From assembly GCA_043228905.1 (NCBI GenBank), contig JBHGNT010000003.1, forward strand, positions 23,002,001-23,066,000: a stretch of 64,000 bases of DNA, given 5' to 3'. Numbering within the stretch: the stretch's first letter is position 1; every line of letters begins with the position of its first letter. Below, piece after piece: positions 1 to 14,319 of this stretch. The notes beneath the pieces were generated by a model. That model was given only the letters and a program-made list of their open reading frames with translations, was not told the origin of the DNA and made no database searches. Position numbers and translations under genes: made by a program. This stretch comes from Azolla caroliniana. Taxonomy: Eukaryota; Plantae; Polypodiophyta.

Positions 1-26
1 CTCTCTCTCTCTCTCTCTCTCTCTCG
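1..26. repeat. (CT)n microsatellite
   Basis: Direct reading of ctctct... at the window start. Confidence 0.95.
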
Positions 27-239
27 CAACTTCTCATCACGTGGCCGAAATCACGATTCAAAAATCTGACATGAACCTCTCATTAATCCCACATGAGAGA
101 GAGAGATAGACAGAAACACATTAAAGAGAGTTGGAATCTTGATTTTCACATTATCAACTTGAGTTGCCAAATCTATTTTCGTGTTTTTTCCTCATTAACT
201 TACTCAATGTGGATGACTATATTGCTCATTTTGGTTTTT

Positions 240-1053
240 GTTAAATTCATGAAATCAAGCTATCTTTGCTTGGCCAAATCTATTTGTGATTTTTTTCTCC
301 ATTATTAGTCACATCATAACTTTTTGCAAAGTTATTTGAGGAAACCATGCTATCATTTCTCATAAAAAATGTCATTTATGGAATATAAAAGTTCCATGTG
401 GAAATAATAGTTCTAGTTCTCTCTCTCTCTCTCTCTCAATCAATAATCTATCTAGTCACACCATGAATGATTTTAAAGGTATTAGTTATATTGTGAAATG
501 CATAAATACACCATAATATCATAAATAATCTTAAAAATATTAGTCATATCATAAATTTGTCTAGAATTGTTTGAGGAAACGATCAAAGGGAGCCCTATGA
601 TAATTTATTTATTTTTCCAAAAAAAAAACTCCTTCCATTAGTTATAAAATTTTACAAATGAAACGATTATGTACAAATCCCCTATGATAAATTTGAAATC
701 TTTAATGATGTTAGTAAAGACATTATTGATTGAGAATGAGAACCACAACTATGATAAGAACATGGAAATTTTACTCAAGACAATTCTATAAACAACATTT
801 TCGGTGAGAAAAATGATTGTGTGATTTTCTTAGAACATGATTTTGACAAATGCTAAAATCAAGCTATCTTTGATTGGCCAAATCTATTTGTGCATTTTTT
901 CTCCATTATTAGTGACATCATAACTTTTTGCAAAATTATTTGAGGAAACCATGCTATCCTTTCTTAATCACCACTTTCCAATGGTTATTAATACATAGGT
1001 CACTACCGGTTGGTGCATGGTAGTGTGGGAGCCATAACTCTCCTAATTGTGTA
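240..1053. repeat. AT-rich dispersed repeat with ~600-bp internal periodicity; homologous to 46204-47110
   Basis: aaatcaagctatctttg...gaggaaaccatgctatc occurs at ~252 and ~857; 581-1053 aligns to 46204-46677; ~372-600 aligns to ~46786-47000. Confidence 0.75.
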
Positions 1054-1088
1054 GTGTGCCCAAATGCAATAGAATCAATCCGACATGC

Positions 1089-1434
1089 TGTCGTGAAGAT
1101 CCGTCACTACGCGCGGATCGTGAGGCGAAACCGCCGGGGTTCTGGACCGGAAGGATTCAAAGTCGGTACAAGCTTTGGCGCAAGCTTTAGCGAGAAAGTA
1201 CTTAAGATAGATTGGGAAAGAGAGAAGTTGAGATCACACGATTGAGAGAGATTGATTGAACTTTTAACTTTAGATTTAAGAAACAAGTTACACGATCAAT
1301 TTGATAACGAATTTCTTCCTCTTAATTTTCATAAAAAAAAACGTGTTTTTTCTCCTCCCCCTTCCTTCTTTTATAGATGCTCTCATGCTTATGATGCATG
1401 TGAGGGTACAAGACATGCATAAATTGCATGTTTG
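1089..1434. mobile_element. Truncated LTR of the gypsy family whose LTR terminus reads TGTCGTGAAG
   Basis: Similar to the LTRs at 6919, 25364 and 63036; joins the transposase sequence at gcatgtttgc|cacatc. Confidence 0.75.
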
Positions 1435-1995
1435 CCACATCTTGGTATATATATTCATGGATCCCTAGAAGGAATTTAGTTGTCTTCCTCTCAACTCTCT
1501 TTGTAGTGCTTAATGATGGTCCATCTAAATTTTTAGAAACAAAGTCGTGTAATCTTGGTCTAGCCCACATTTTTATCATGACGAAAATTGCCTTAGAGGT
1601 GTCTTTAAATCGTTGTCTGTGTGGCTTTCGAGTAAGGTTTCGTGCAACATTTGTCAAGAAATCCCATAGTGCATTCTTTCCACCAAACTTTCCAGCTCGA
1701 TGAGCCTCAATAATGTTATTACAAAATCTTCGAACATCCTTCCATTCCACACTCTCAAGGGATGCTTCCTTGAGAGTCATTACCTTTACCGAAAGCATTG
1801 CAACTTTGCAAGCTAGCCACCATATTTTTCTATGAGCACAATGGATAGTTTGCTTAGAACTTGGAAATTCCTTTCTTGTCTCTTCTTGAGTAAGATAATC
1901 TGGTCACCTATCCTCCCCAGTTCCTCGATTACCTCTTTTGACTTTAGCCCTATGCTCCCTATACACCCTCATACGGAAATCATTACATTTTGGAA
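1435..1995 (-). pseudogene. P-element-like transposase, copy A (N-terminal part of the ORF only; catalytic region lost)
   Basis: ORF 1322-1798 matches the first ~122 aa of the 831-aa ORF and then runs into LTR sequence. Confidence 0.8.
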
Positions 1996-2284
1996 ATCTT
2001 TCATAGGTTTTCCTAGGCCTCCTTCGGCATCTTTGCATCCTTGATGTAGTCTCGAGCATCTGGTCGTGCACACATGATGCAAGGTAGTACAATACTCGGC
2101 TCACTCCTTGCTCCCATACTAGGAAGTCCTTGTGTGACAGCTCCAACGCTACTTCATTTGTTCCTTCTAGGAAGCTCCAATATCCATGCCCCAGCAAGTA
2201 CTGGTGCATTTTATACGGCCAAGATGCGTATTTGCTCTAGTCGAGCTTCTCTGTTAGAAGTGAACTCGACATTCCTCTATCCAT
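1996..2284 (-). mobile_element. Ty1/copia gag N-terminal fragment (copy A, degenerate)
   Basis: MHQYLLGHGYWSFLEG...SRVLYYLASCVHDQML; same gag type as at 11947 and 31688. Confidence 0.85.
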
Positions 2285-2999
2285 ATCTTCTCCTTGTCTA
2301 TTGTTACCGGGTATTAGGTTTTTGTCTTCGAACACAAATATCGGCTCAATGAGAGTTAAGAAAGTGCTTAAGAAGAAGTTGTTGAATTGAACTGCACAGA
2401 TGTTGAACATTCTCCTCCATGAACCGGGGTGGAACTTAATACCTCCATATATACGTTCTTTTGGGAGCTATTCGTTTAGGTATCAAAACTAGATTTGTCC
2501 ATCTCTTGTGAAAATTCACATATAACTTCATCTTTTGGAGAACGTAAAGGATCCACTTGGACAATCTTTAACTATTCCATTAGTTACAAACAGGAAAACT
2601 ATGAACAAGAGGTGAAGAAATTGAATAGAAGACCCACACGTGTTGATAAACAACATAAGGAATAGATGAGTCATACGAACAATCACTCATCTTTTATACA
2701 GATCGTGTTGCACGTATTAGTTAAAACACAATCAACACTAGAACGAGGCAATGTGAAACAACACCATCAATGATCATTGACACAATTGGAGACTAGCAAA
2801 GAGGAGTTGTGATCAACAATGGACATCAATGATAAACAATAGTTCGTGCAAGTAGAATAAACAAAAGGTTGATGGTACATGATAGTTAGCAACATTTATG
2901 GTTACCAGTGATGGATGGGGTAGTGCACATATTGATAACTAGCAACAGTGGTTCAAGACACATAGAAGCTATGAGAAAAGGTAAGAGAAGAACAAAATT

Positions 3000-5600
3000 A
3001 CAATTCCTTTACATTAGTAGAAAAGACAAAAAGAGAATGAAAACTAGCTTTTTCTTTTTTCAATAAACCTATGACTTTCGTAAATAGAGTTGTATTAATT
3101 TTGGAAAGAAAACTACAAACAACTCGAAGATAGAGGGACCTTTGGATCGTAATTGATATTCTGTAGACTTTGAGAAGTGGTGTGATGGAAAGGCCAACAC
3201 AAAAGACAAAAATGATGCCTTGCCAACAACACATTTTTTTTGGATCACCTTAGGCAATAATATCCTTGAGGATTCCAACAAAGTAATGTTCCTTTCAATT
3301 GCCTAATATATCTTTGCACCCCAATTTGTATCACTAGAATTTTGTAATACATGCCCTAACCCCTAATACATCAAGAACTTAAAAACTATTCGAATGTGTA
3401 AAAAAGAAATCTAAATTAGAATGGATATCTAAAACCCCAATGGGAGAAACTCACACTACAAAACCATATGTCCAAATAGATAACATCAGGGGGGAAAATA
3501 AAGTGATGCCTACTATGTTCTAGTGACATTGTGCATAACAAACACATTTCACCAACAATATTTTGCTTTCTTAGGGCATTTCTTAAGAGTAAACCCCCCA
3601 ATCTTAAATCTCGATATAAATACCTAAGCTTTAAAGTGACAATGAGACTATCAGCCTATATTTAACACGAGTTGTGGGCTTTATATGTCCCCATTCTCCA
3701 AAAAAAAAAAAAAGACTACTTCCATTAGTTAAGGCAATGTACATAGGATAATATACAACTCATATCTTACATGCCAACTTGATTTCATATGTGTTTGAGA
3801 TTAAAAAATACCAATGTAACTCATGTGAATTGCCTACGCAAAATGGACAAAAAGTGAACTAATGATAAATGGCATATCATCATCAACTTGTTTCTTTAAA
3901 GAAATAAGGCATTACCATGCTTGCTAACTTTATTATCCGACTCATAATGGATAATAAGATGGGGTTGTATTTTCCATCACTTATGTGACTCCTAAAAACA
4001 TGCATAGTATCTTGCCACAATTATCAATTGAAGCTCTCATCCACTGCTATTGAGTTTTTGTGGGGATTGATATTGAGTCACTTAATGTTTTCTCCTTACC
4101 TTGAAGATCAAAGTTTTAATGCATATAAAGTCAAAGTATTAGTAGCCCCCATATAAAGAGAATTTAGTTGGTGATTAGGGAGAAGGGGAGATTTTGTAAT
4201 CATGAGTTGGGAAAATTGAAACCTTGGTTTGTCTCTTCCTATCAATCTATACAAGTTAGTGAATGGCAATGTCGTCTCGTTGTAGCTAGGGGATGGAGGT
4301 GCAACAACATGGCATTTATTGCGTTCCTTGGTCATGCTTGTCTTCACTTGTTCACTTCAATGGAACTAGTGAAATCAAATATGAAATGGGGAGCACCAAT
4401 GTGGTTATTTGGAAACTTCTGTTCAATCACACTTGTTGGATTATGTTTAGCTTTTGTCCCATTTAATGCAATGGAGGATTTAAACCATATCTAGAATGGA
4501 TAGATATAGTCATCCTTTTAAACAAGATGTTGAGTGTGACACATCGAATATAACTTCCATAAGTTTATGCAAACGGAGGATTCCATTGCTTAATTCTTTT
4601 CTTTTAATATTTGCTTGTTGGGGGGGCATGGGAGCAATATTGATATCCATCAAAACTATGATTGAAAGGGGGGATAAGAGGTTGCAAGAGTTGCACTTGA
4701 ACATGAAATAACATATGGTAAGCCCAATATCAAGATAGGTGAAAGTTGTGTGAGTGTACATATTATTGTTGGTCTGGAACCAAGGATTGACATAATTGGG
4801 GCTACATAGAAATGAGGGTAGAAGCCAAATGCTTTTAGTAAGGTCTTGTTAGCATATAACATGCATTCGAGTGAAGTGAGAACGGGATACCTTTTTATTG
4901 CGATATTGTGTTTAAGATACAATTCTACTCTAGTATGAATCATGTGTCTTTGGCAATACTGGTGTCAATATAGTACCTTCTAGTAAGAAGACAACAAACC
5001 AGACAAAAGGTACATGTTAGATTCTACATGGCCACACTAGTTGTCTTGACAAGGACATATGTTTACAAATGAGGAGGGCTTCTACAAAAACTTACCACCG
5101 GAGATGAAGATGGGATTCATGAGTAATCAAATGACTAATGCTCCAATATACCATCAATGAATCCTTGCTTGAATACTACTAAAATCAAGAAGTGTATTGA
5201 AATATTTTCTTGTTTGTTGGAGATTGATTAATTATTTGTCCTCTAATGTTTATTCTCTAGAGAGTGAGGGATAATGAAATGGCACAACATAAGGCAACTT
5301 TATTGGATCTTACTAGTATGAACTTGTGTGAGAGAATAGCCAAACACTTGATCAACAATACAATCACAAAAACTAAATTAGTTTGTTTTCACACTACAAG
5401 GTAGGAAACACACCATGGTCCATAACTATTTAAAATCCTTTCCACGCACCATAATACATTTCACAAGGATTGACTTAGGAAATGAAATATTTTTTCTTGC
5501 CTTTATTTACCTTTTTACATATTCTTTCTCATCTCCTTCTACTTGAATAACCAATAAAAAAAAAGTGACATTTCTTCTATTTTGAAAAAAACCAATCTAG
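3000..5600 (-). mobile_element. Highly degenerate LINE (RT and zf-RVT remnants), copy A; boundaries approximate
   Basis: GGLLLRNALRKQNIVGEMCLLCTMSLEHSRHHF resembles the zf-RVT at 45382-45882; RT-like LKAFGF and LSPLSIIVLMD peptides upstream. Confidence 0.5.
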
Positions 5601-6033
5601 GATACTCCCTAGAGACATGATATGTAGTGGGGCCAAAGGTAAATTGAGAAGTAGAGTTCTTCTTTCCATTTTCCTTTGCCTAATGTGAATGGATCTTTTG
5701 ATATGCGATAATTTTCTTATCAAGCAAAGTTTTTAAAAAAAAATCCATGCATAAATAAACCATATGTAAGTTGTATCAATCTAAAGTTGTGTTACTTTCT
5801 ATGCCAGTAATAATGATAGCATTAGGCGTGTACAAAAATGGTATCAAGACATGTATGCCATTGTGAGAACATTGGCAAATGTCTTATCAAAATTAGTTGG
5901 ATATTTCCTTATCTTCACTATGAAAGAAATACCCGTCTCTCTTGTTTAACTCTTTTTGAGTAAGCTATGCTCCATCCATAATCTTATTTATTTACCCCAT
6001 TTACATCACATTTGGGCAAATGGATGAGGTGAT

Positions 6034-6037
<4 letters not shown>

Positions 6038-6072
<35 letters not shown>
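6038..6072. repeat. (GA)n microsatellite; length differs between copies (24193, 61751)
   Basis: Direct reading. Confidence 0.9.
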
Positions 6073-6076
<4 letters not shown>

Positions 6077-6668
6077 CGAAGTTCAACATGGGGTAAAATG
6101 TTAGGAACACTACAAAAAAGGCAAAGCAAATTTGAGTGTTTGGGGGGAGGGGAGCAAGGGACAAAAAATGCCAGAGACAAAGGGTACCAAGACAAAAGTG
6201 TGCCAAAAACAAAAGCACGTCAATACAAGATAAGTCAAAGAGAAGAGAGAAAAGAAAAGAAAGTAAAGAAGGAATAAGATAGATAGATACCTTATAGAAA
6301 GGGGGAGTTGAAAAAAAGAAAGAAAACAAATAGAAAAAGGTCATAAGTCTATATATCTCTATAGGCTAAGAAGAGGATGACTAAAGGTAAAGAAAGAGTT
6401 CACAACCTAATTAATAAAATCAAAAGCTTCTTTCTCTTTTGTGGACTTCACAACCCATGAGTGCGAATGATGACAAGACGAAGTGTGGAAAGGGAAAAAA
6501 AGAACAAGAAGACCCAAAAGGCATGTTACATGGGCCTACTTACACCATGTCCACATACATACAAATACACCATGTGGCCATGTCCATGCATGGGGACAAA
6601 ATGAGCGCGATATGGATATGGATTACATCGATGCCAAAGATCGTGTGCGTCATTTATGTAACCCTCTC

Positions 6669-6912
6669 GCTCTGATACCATGTGAAAGCTTAGATGCGAA
6701 AGCGTTAGACAGTCGGATAACGAAAGAGAGTAAGAAAATAAGAGTGAAAGCTCAAGACAGAGAATATACACGGGAGAGACAGAGAATGAGCAGAACGTAG
6801 AAGTCTATTTCAAATATAATATCAATACATTGTTACTCTGTATATACAATGTGCTCAACAACACTATTTATAATATCAATACACTGTTACTCTGTATATA
6901 CAATGTGCTCAA
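6669..6912 (-). mobile_element. Copia PBS (tRNA-iMet) plus truncated LTR, copy A, with a ~52-bp tandem duplication
   Basis: gctctgatacca at 6669-6680 is the reverse complement of TGGTATCAGAGC; LTR starts tgtgaaag at 6681; taatatcaatac...gtgctcaa is repeated. Confidence 0.85.
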
Positions 6913-6918
6913 ACATGA

Positions 6919-8016
6919 TGTCGTGAAGATTCGTCACTTTGTGCGGATCGTGAGGCAGAAGCACCGGGGACCTGGACCGGAAGGATTTGAAGTTTGCACT
7001 AGCTTTAGCGAGAAAGTATTTAAGAGATATTGAGAGAGATTGATATGGCGAGAGAACGATTTAGATGGAGAGAGAGAGAGAGAGATTAAGATTGAACCCT
7101 TGACTTTAGATTTGAGAAATAAGATTAATACATCATCAAATGGGATAACGAATTTTCTTTTCTATTAATTTCTTGATCCATACATAGCTCCCTTCTTCTT
7201 TTTCATCCACTATTTTATAGATGCCCTCATGCATATGATGCATGTAAGGGTGCAAGACATGCATGTAATGCATGTTCGCAATTTGGCACTCATGCATTAC
7301 ATGTGATGCATGATAAACATGTCACTCATTCAAGCTCTCATGTATAAGAATTTACTTGTGAACACATAATGATAAAAATATAATTCTTGAAGAAATGAAT
7401 TGGCTTAGTGGTAAGTTTATTGCCTTTTATCTTGGAGGTGCAAGGATCAAGCCTTGCTTACATACATCCCTTTGTATACACATTTTTACTAGGTTTCTTG
7501 TATAAACATTTTTACTAGGTTTCTTACTCTAGATAATTTTGTTCGTTTCACACCGAAATAATCGCGATCAACCTATCCGGTCCCGGTTTCGTCGCCGTCC
7601 GGCGGTCCAGTTCCGTCCAAAACCAATTAGAACAACTTGGCCGCATCTATTCATCCAAGTTATACAACCCAACCTCTTTGTGTTCCTAACACATAGATGA
7701 AATACAAAAAGATATGGCTCTACTTATATATTCTTGAATGCTGTTGTTGTCTTATCTATGTGGGATATCCCACGGTTTATTTTCCTCTTCTTCTTCTCAA
7801 ACTTCACACTCACATAACTTGACATTAAGTTGTCCGTTTCACACGTATTAAATGCATTAGGAAGCTCTTGAAGACATCTATCTTTTCGTATCAAGATATT
7901 AAACTAATATAAATTTATATCTTCATTATTATTGTTTCATATTGTGTGTGAAGAACCACACTCGATTTTGTACATTCCATGCAATTTTCACACCGTTGCC
8001 GAAAATCTTCACGATA
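6919..8016 (-). mobile_element. Gypsy 3' LTR (~1.1 kb), copy A
   Basis: Inverted termini TGTCGTGAAG...CTTCACGA(T)A; abutted by tccacccccacc (PPT on minus) and then integrase. Confidence 0.8.
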
Positions 8017-8958
8017 TCCACCCCCACCAAACCGCACGTCCTCCGATATGTGCCAAGAAGAGAGAGTGTGAGATTTTGGCTATGGTGATCAATCAGATTT
8101 CTCCATGTCCTCGTTCACATAGCTTATGTCTGTAGGTTTTGTCCTACTATCTTCATTGTCAAGGTGATTGAGGTCAGAATCCTTATCTTGTCTTTTCTTG
8201 AAAATCTTTACTCTTTTTCCTGCAATGGGTATGGCCAACCTTCACCCGTCTAGCTCCGCAAGGTGGTATGTGGCATTGTCATTGGGACTTGTCACCACAT
8301 ATGGTCCAAACCATCTTCTTGCGAACTTTCTTGTTGTCATGTGTTAATTGTCAAGGCTGCAGTCGTAGACCAATACCCAATCTCCTTCTTCGATCTTCTT
8401 GGGACGAAGTCAATGTGTCTTGTCGAACCGAATCTTGTTCTTCACTTGGTTTACCTCCATCATCTTTCACGCTTTTTCTAAATCTTCAGGCCTTCTTTCA
8501 AGCTACCTTATCCGTGCCACTAACAATTCTTCTTGGCTAATCTCATTTTCCCATGGTATCACTATCCAGGAGGCGATCGTCCTTTCAATGGGCATTGCCG
8601 GCTTTTGTCCATACATAAGCTTTGTTGGCATATACCTTGTCACTGAACTGTGTGTAGTTCTGTCGGCCCACAAGGCATAAGGTAATAGTCGTGGCCAGTT
8701 CCCGACTTGACCGTTGCATGCTCGTACGATGGCTTTGACGATTGCTCCATGCCCTCGCTCGATCTTCCCATTTGCTTTTGGATTGTAGGCAGTCGTGAGG
8801 GAGAGCTTCACGCCTAGTCGTTCGAAAAGCTCCGTTGCTTTGTGTGCATCCAACTCCCCTCGGTCGGCCACTATCTTCCCCACACATCCGTATCGGCAGA
8901 CAACCTCTTCAAATAGAAATTTGCAAATAGCTGACATCGTCTTATTTGCAAAGGCTCG
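8017..8958 (-). mobile_element. Ty3/gypsy integrase fragment and 3' region, copy A
   Basis: CRYGCVGKIVADRGE...TTAYNPKANGKIERGH...WPRLLPYALWADRTT (rve core D-35-E region). Confidence 0.9.
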
Positions 8959-11900
8959 ACCTCTTCTTCAAGATCGCCTTGAAGAAATGCATTCTTCACG
9001 TCCATTTGGTGAAGATGCCACCCCTTTGCCGCAACAACCGCCAACACCACACGAACCGTCATCATCTTCGCTACAGGAGCGAAGGTCCCGCCATAGTCGA
9101 TTTCGTGGGTCTGCGCGTATCCCTTCTCCACTAACTGGGCCTTGTACTGGTTAACCGAACTGTCGGCGTTGTACTTTACCTTGTACACCCACTTACATCC
9201 GATCGATTTACAGTGTCGGGGAGGGTCAATTAGGTCCCATGTGTCGTTGGCATCAAGTGCATGCGTTTCTTCCTCCATAGCGGCACGCCCATTTGCGTCC
9301 TTTGCCGCTTCTACGTAGCTCTCTGGCTCACGCACTTCCACCACCTTGGTCATGTACGCATAGTGATGCACCATGTACTCATTGTACCCATACCGCTTCA
9401 CGGGGTTCTTTTGGCGTGAAGAACGACGTAACTTGGTATTACCCGATTTGGGGCCCTTCTTGGCCAGGTCGGACTTCGTTCCCGAAGATCCTCCTTCATC
9501 CTTTCTGGAGTCGGATTCGCTCCGATTTGATTCAACGTTGCCGGTTTCGTATTCCGACATCTTCTTCTTCCCCTTCTCTTTGCGCATGAACCGTCTCCTC
9601 GGTTCCTTGCGTGGGGAGAGCACGGTAGAGTCTCTACTACTCGCTGGTTCCTCATCCGACTAGTCATCTCGACTTAGCCATTCATTCGGCCCGCTCAACT
9701 GAAACGATTCTGAACTCATATCTAGAGTCTCGAACCCTTCGTCTTCTAGCTGGACCAGTTCATGCCCACTAGCCTCATCCTCCGGTATTGGGTCGGGGTC
9801 GGAAGTCAGAGCTGGTAAGGCATACCATGATGCCGTCTCATCAAACTCAACATCCCGGCTAACTCGGACCTGCTTCGTTTGGGGGTTATAACACTTATAC
9901 CCATTTTTCTCATGGGAGTAATAGACCAGGATGCATTTCTCCAACTTTGCATCCAACTTCCTTCGCTTCTCATCCGGCACATGCATATATGCTATGCTAC
10001 CGAATATCCGAAGGTGTCTCAAATTCGGCTTGTGCCCGAAATACAACTCATGCGTGGACACCTTGTCACCGATTCGGTTTTGGATATAGACGGCCGTCCG
10101 GACCGCCTCAACCCAGTAGAAATGGGGCATGCTCTTCTCCTCTAGCATTGCCCTTGCTGCGTCGACAATCGATTGGTTCTTCCTCTCGGCTACACCGTTT
10201 TGCTCCGGTGTGTATCTACAGCTGAACTCTCTTCGAATTCCTTTTTGCTGCAGATAATTGTTGAATTGGCCGGAAAAATATTCTTTTTTGCCATCTGACC
10301 GCAGGCACTTGATCTTCCTCTATGTTTCCCATTCAACCAGGCTTTGCAAGTTTCGAAAGCACCCGAAGACTTTGATCTTCCGTTGAATGAGGTAGATCCA
10401 TGTGTGCCGGTTGCAGTCGTTGATGAAGGAGACAAAATATCGACTCCCGCCAAGACTCACGTTCTGTGCCGGTCCCCATAAACTTGGGCCTTCCGGCCAC
10501 TAAACTTCGGCAAACCGAAAACAACTTGTTTCATTTGCAAGTCCTGAAGCCTCTGGTAATTGACGTGGCCAATCCGCTTATGCTAGAGATCAATATCCAA
10601 TTCAATCTTCTTTCGTTTGGTGAACAAAGCGGTGCTGACGTCATTGGTGTTGACGATGAACATCCTTCCATCTCTACGCCCTTGCGCAGTAATCTGGCCC
10701 TCTTCCTTGATGAAGCACCCAAGGTGCGTAAATCGCACCTACATCCCCTGGTCAACGATCTGACCCATTGACACCAGGTTCTTCGTGATAGTCGGAATGT
10801 GTATTACGTTCATCAGCTTCCCCTTCTGTCCGACGTGGCTCAAAGGGACTTCTCCGACATGCACGATTGGGTGAGGTGTGTCGTCTCCGGTTTCGACGAT
10901 TCCCGGTTATTCCGGTTTCTCCAAGAAAGAGAACCACTCTTTGTGGTTCGTCATATCATTAGATGCACCGGAATAAACGTACCACACTTCCTCCGATTTG
11001 AAAGTGGTCTTCTTCATTGAGCTAGCCTCGTGTTTCATCACCAAGGCTGGCCCGATCCTCCCGATCCTTCTGCGTAATGCGAGTATTGTCGATTCTCTCT
11101 GTCGGCCTTGCCAAATCCGGATCTGTCCGAAGCAGCGCTCTTCTTCCAGCACTCCCTTTCTCTCTGGCCCTTTTTACCACAGTATCAGCATTCTGTGTCG
11201 GCCTTTGCTTGCCAACCTCCGGCGCTGCCTTGAATCCCCTTGCTTTTGGAGGGTTCAGAATTGTTGTCGGCACGTTCTCTGTGCCTTCGGTCATGCTCTT
11301 GTTGGCCGCTACCATTGCGAGCCGACTCGCCTCGTCCATCATGCCCACGGGGCTGATCCACCTCTGTGTACAACATCCGGTTGTTGGTGTGTGCACTTGT
11401 TGACGCACCGCCGTAATTCGAAAAATGACGGCGTATTCTCCCTGTACATACTGCAATTCGGAACGCTCCGAACTTCGACGCCAGTCCCCCGAGACAGATC
11501 TGCACCATCTCGCCTTACTCGACGTTCACATCGATAGAGGCTAAGGAGTTGCATATCTCTTTGATCTTCGAGGTGTAATCAGCCACCGACAAGGCACGTT
11601 GTCGTAAGTTGCTCAGCTCCTGTCAAACTTGAAGCTTCCTGGCTGTGGTGCTTGCGGCGAAAATCTTTTTCAGATTTCCCCAAGCATCCTTCGGCGTTTT
11701 CGCATCCCGAATATAGCTCAGAAGCTGTTCGCCCACACAAGATGCAAAGCAGTATAGAACTCTGCTCGCCGACTGTTCCCAAGCCGGGAAGTCTTTGTGT
11801 GTTGAATCGGGTGTTGTGTCATTTGCTCTATCGATGTAGCTCTAGTATCCATGCCCGAGCAGGTACTGATGCATCTTGTAAGACCAAGACGCGTAGTTGT

Positions 11901-12127
11901 TTCTGTCGAGCTTCTCAGTAGGAAGCGAGCTAGCCATGCCTCTATCCATTTTGTTTTACCTGTTCTTTACGAAGGTTAGGTTTGCTTCTCGTGCTAAGGT
12001 TAGCTGAAGAGGTTCTCAACCCTTGCGCTCTGATACCATGTAAAAGGAATAGCGTGGGGAAGCAATAGAAAACCGAACACAGAAACACAGGTTTAATGGA
12101 GAGCTTGAATATACACAGTACGCGGGG

Positions 12128-12158
<31 letters not shown>

Positions 12159-12483
12159 CAGAACATAAACTCAATTCAAAAAATAACTCTAACACTTTGT
12201 ACATCGAACGTGCTAAACAACACTATTAATACAAGTCCATAAAGGATTGACAGAAGTACTAACAAGTACTTCAATGCTCACACGAGCGTCTGACACTAAC
12301 TACGAGACATTAACTACCTAGTAGTTCAGGCTGCTACTAGGCTTCCGGTTACTGCTTGATCGGGCTAACCGGCTCCCCAGCTCACCGGGTCAATTGCTCA
12401 CCGATTCGGCTCATCCTTCCAGATGCCAATCCGGCTCAGGCTTATTCAGTTGATCTGGATCCGGTTGAGCTTGCCGCTCAACA
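8959..12483 (-). mobile_element. 3'-truncated, frameshifted Ty1/copia element: 5' LTR 12039-12483, PBS 12027-12038, gag, protease, integrase, start of RT
   Basis: LTR TGTTGAGCGG...TTACA then TGGTATCAGAGC; WYVYSGASNDMT (protease); FYWVEAVRTAVYIQNR and LRIFGSIAY (integrase); IGCKWVYKVK...HQMDVKNAFLQGDLEEEV (RT). Confidence 0.93.
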
Positions 12484-12621
12484 CGTTACCGATAGAGATC
12501 GCAGCAATAAAAACATTTTCGCTTCTTCTTTCCCTCTCCACTCTTGCTTTTTCATTTCTTCTCTCTCTCTCTCTCTCTTCCTCTTTTTTTTGTTGTTGGT
12601 AAAAGCATGCAATTATATTAA

Positions 12622-12724
12622 GGGAAAAGTACCAGGATGCCCCTAGAAGTTCATCTATTAACCAGAATGCCCCTAGAAGTTCCAAATTTACCAAACTACC
12701 CCTATGTCCAAAAAATTACACTTT
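12622..12724. mobile_element. Left half of the Mutator-type MITE (remainder deleted)
   Basis: Matches 44794-44896 and is preceded by the same ttatattaa. Confidence 0.85.
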
Positions 12725-14179
12725 CTTGTCGAATGCATGTTTTCCTGACCAACTAGAGAGGTATGCACTTCTCCAATCAAATATGTAAGGATATGATTTT
12801 GCACTTAGCCATTTGAAAATTTTGAAAATTTATTTGTTGGTAGAAACGTCATGCAAATATGATACCACTTGTATTCAATTTGCCATATCTCAATTTCCAA
12901 AATAAACTTAAATATTACTCCAGAGCTTGGGATGTTTTAAAGCCATAAATCTTTTTGTTTTATAATATAGATGGTAGTGAACTTATGAATGGTTCTAATT
13001 GCTTCCAAATTCCCTGTGAGCTAGTTCTTAGACATCATCATCTTTGTCATGAATTGTTCTTCTTCTTATATTCCCAAGAAGCACAATGTCTATTTGATTT
13101 GGCCATGATTTATGTTGTAAGACTAAATCAAGATTGAATTCCTCTCTTATAGTATGAGGATTGCCCGATTCGATTATAGTCTAATTCCATGACACAATTT
13201 ATGTTTTGCGTTGTAATTAGTGCTAAGTTGGTATATGCTAATCATATATGTAAATTACAGAGGAGGAATCAAGGCTATATAATTCACACGATATGTGGAT
13301 ATCAAATGTTTGTGTGCTTAGGAATGACATGGGCTACTTGATCTATCTAGGGCTTTGTATCTTGTAGGGCCAAAAGGCCACTTTGATGTATGAATTTGTA
13401 TCCTTACATTTGATTTAGAACATGGCATACAAGAATCATTGTCATGTTGTTTATATCCTTCTCCTTTCAACCTTGTCATTCTTGTCATCTTGTTGATTTT
13501 ATATATCCTTCTCCTTGCAGTCTTGTTGATTATATCCTTGTGACCATCATGTTTCTTATCCTTACATTTGATCCAAAACATTGCCTCAAACGCACTTCTC
13601 CTTGTAGCCTCATGTCTTGTCATATTCTTGTTTTTATCCTTCTCCTTTCAACATTGTAGACCATTCATTCACATTGAAATTTGGTTTCACCTTGATCTCA
13701 CTAACGTGAAAACTCTTTAAAGAATCCATCTGAGCATAGCCTACTACATATAACCCTATCTACACCTCTATATACATGTAAGCTCCAACATTCGTTTTGT
13801 CTAAGAATTGGCCATAAAGTATATGCAAAAAAATCAATAATTTATATATGTTTGATATTTGATCTTTAATGAGGTAACTAGTCTTCATATTCCTTCTTCT
13901 TGCAAACAAGACTTTTGAGATAGAAATCTATATACATGTGTGTATAGTGTTCTAGTGTAGGTATTGGTATCAAAGTATAAAAAGATTGTGGTTTCTGTAT
14001 CATAATTCTAGTGATTTTTGGGCCATAATTTATCTTAAGTTCAAAGTTATAGAGAAGTAGATCTTTTATGATCTCGCAAATGGGATTTTGATTTTATATG
14101 CTTTAAACTCATAGATGTTACGAGCATGACAATAATTTATCTTGGGGTGAGTGGAAATGCAATATTCTATACACGAGGA

Positions 14180-14281
14180 TAAAGTGTGTGGGTTAATCGA
14201 GAGTGTATAGAAGGGAGGATTACTTTCAATCCCAGTAACCTTCATTACATATTCATTGGTTTATGTTCTCTTAACAATTCT

Positions 14282-14319
<38 letters not shown>

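Noticed and set aside
8871-9623. 250-aa ORF joining copia RT to other sequence as a novel fusion gene
   Set aside because: It is a deletion junction between a truncated copia RT and an out-of-frame gypsy integrase
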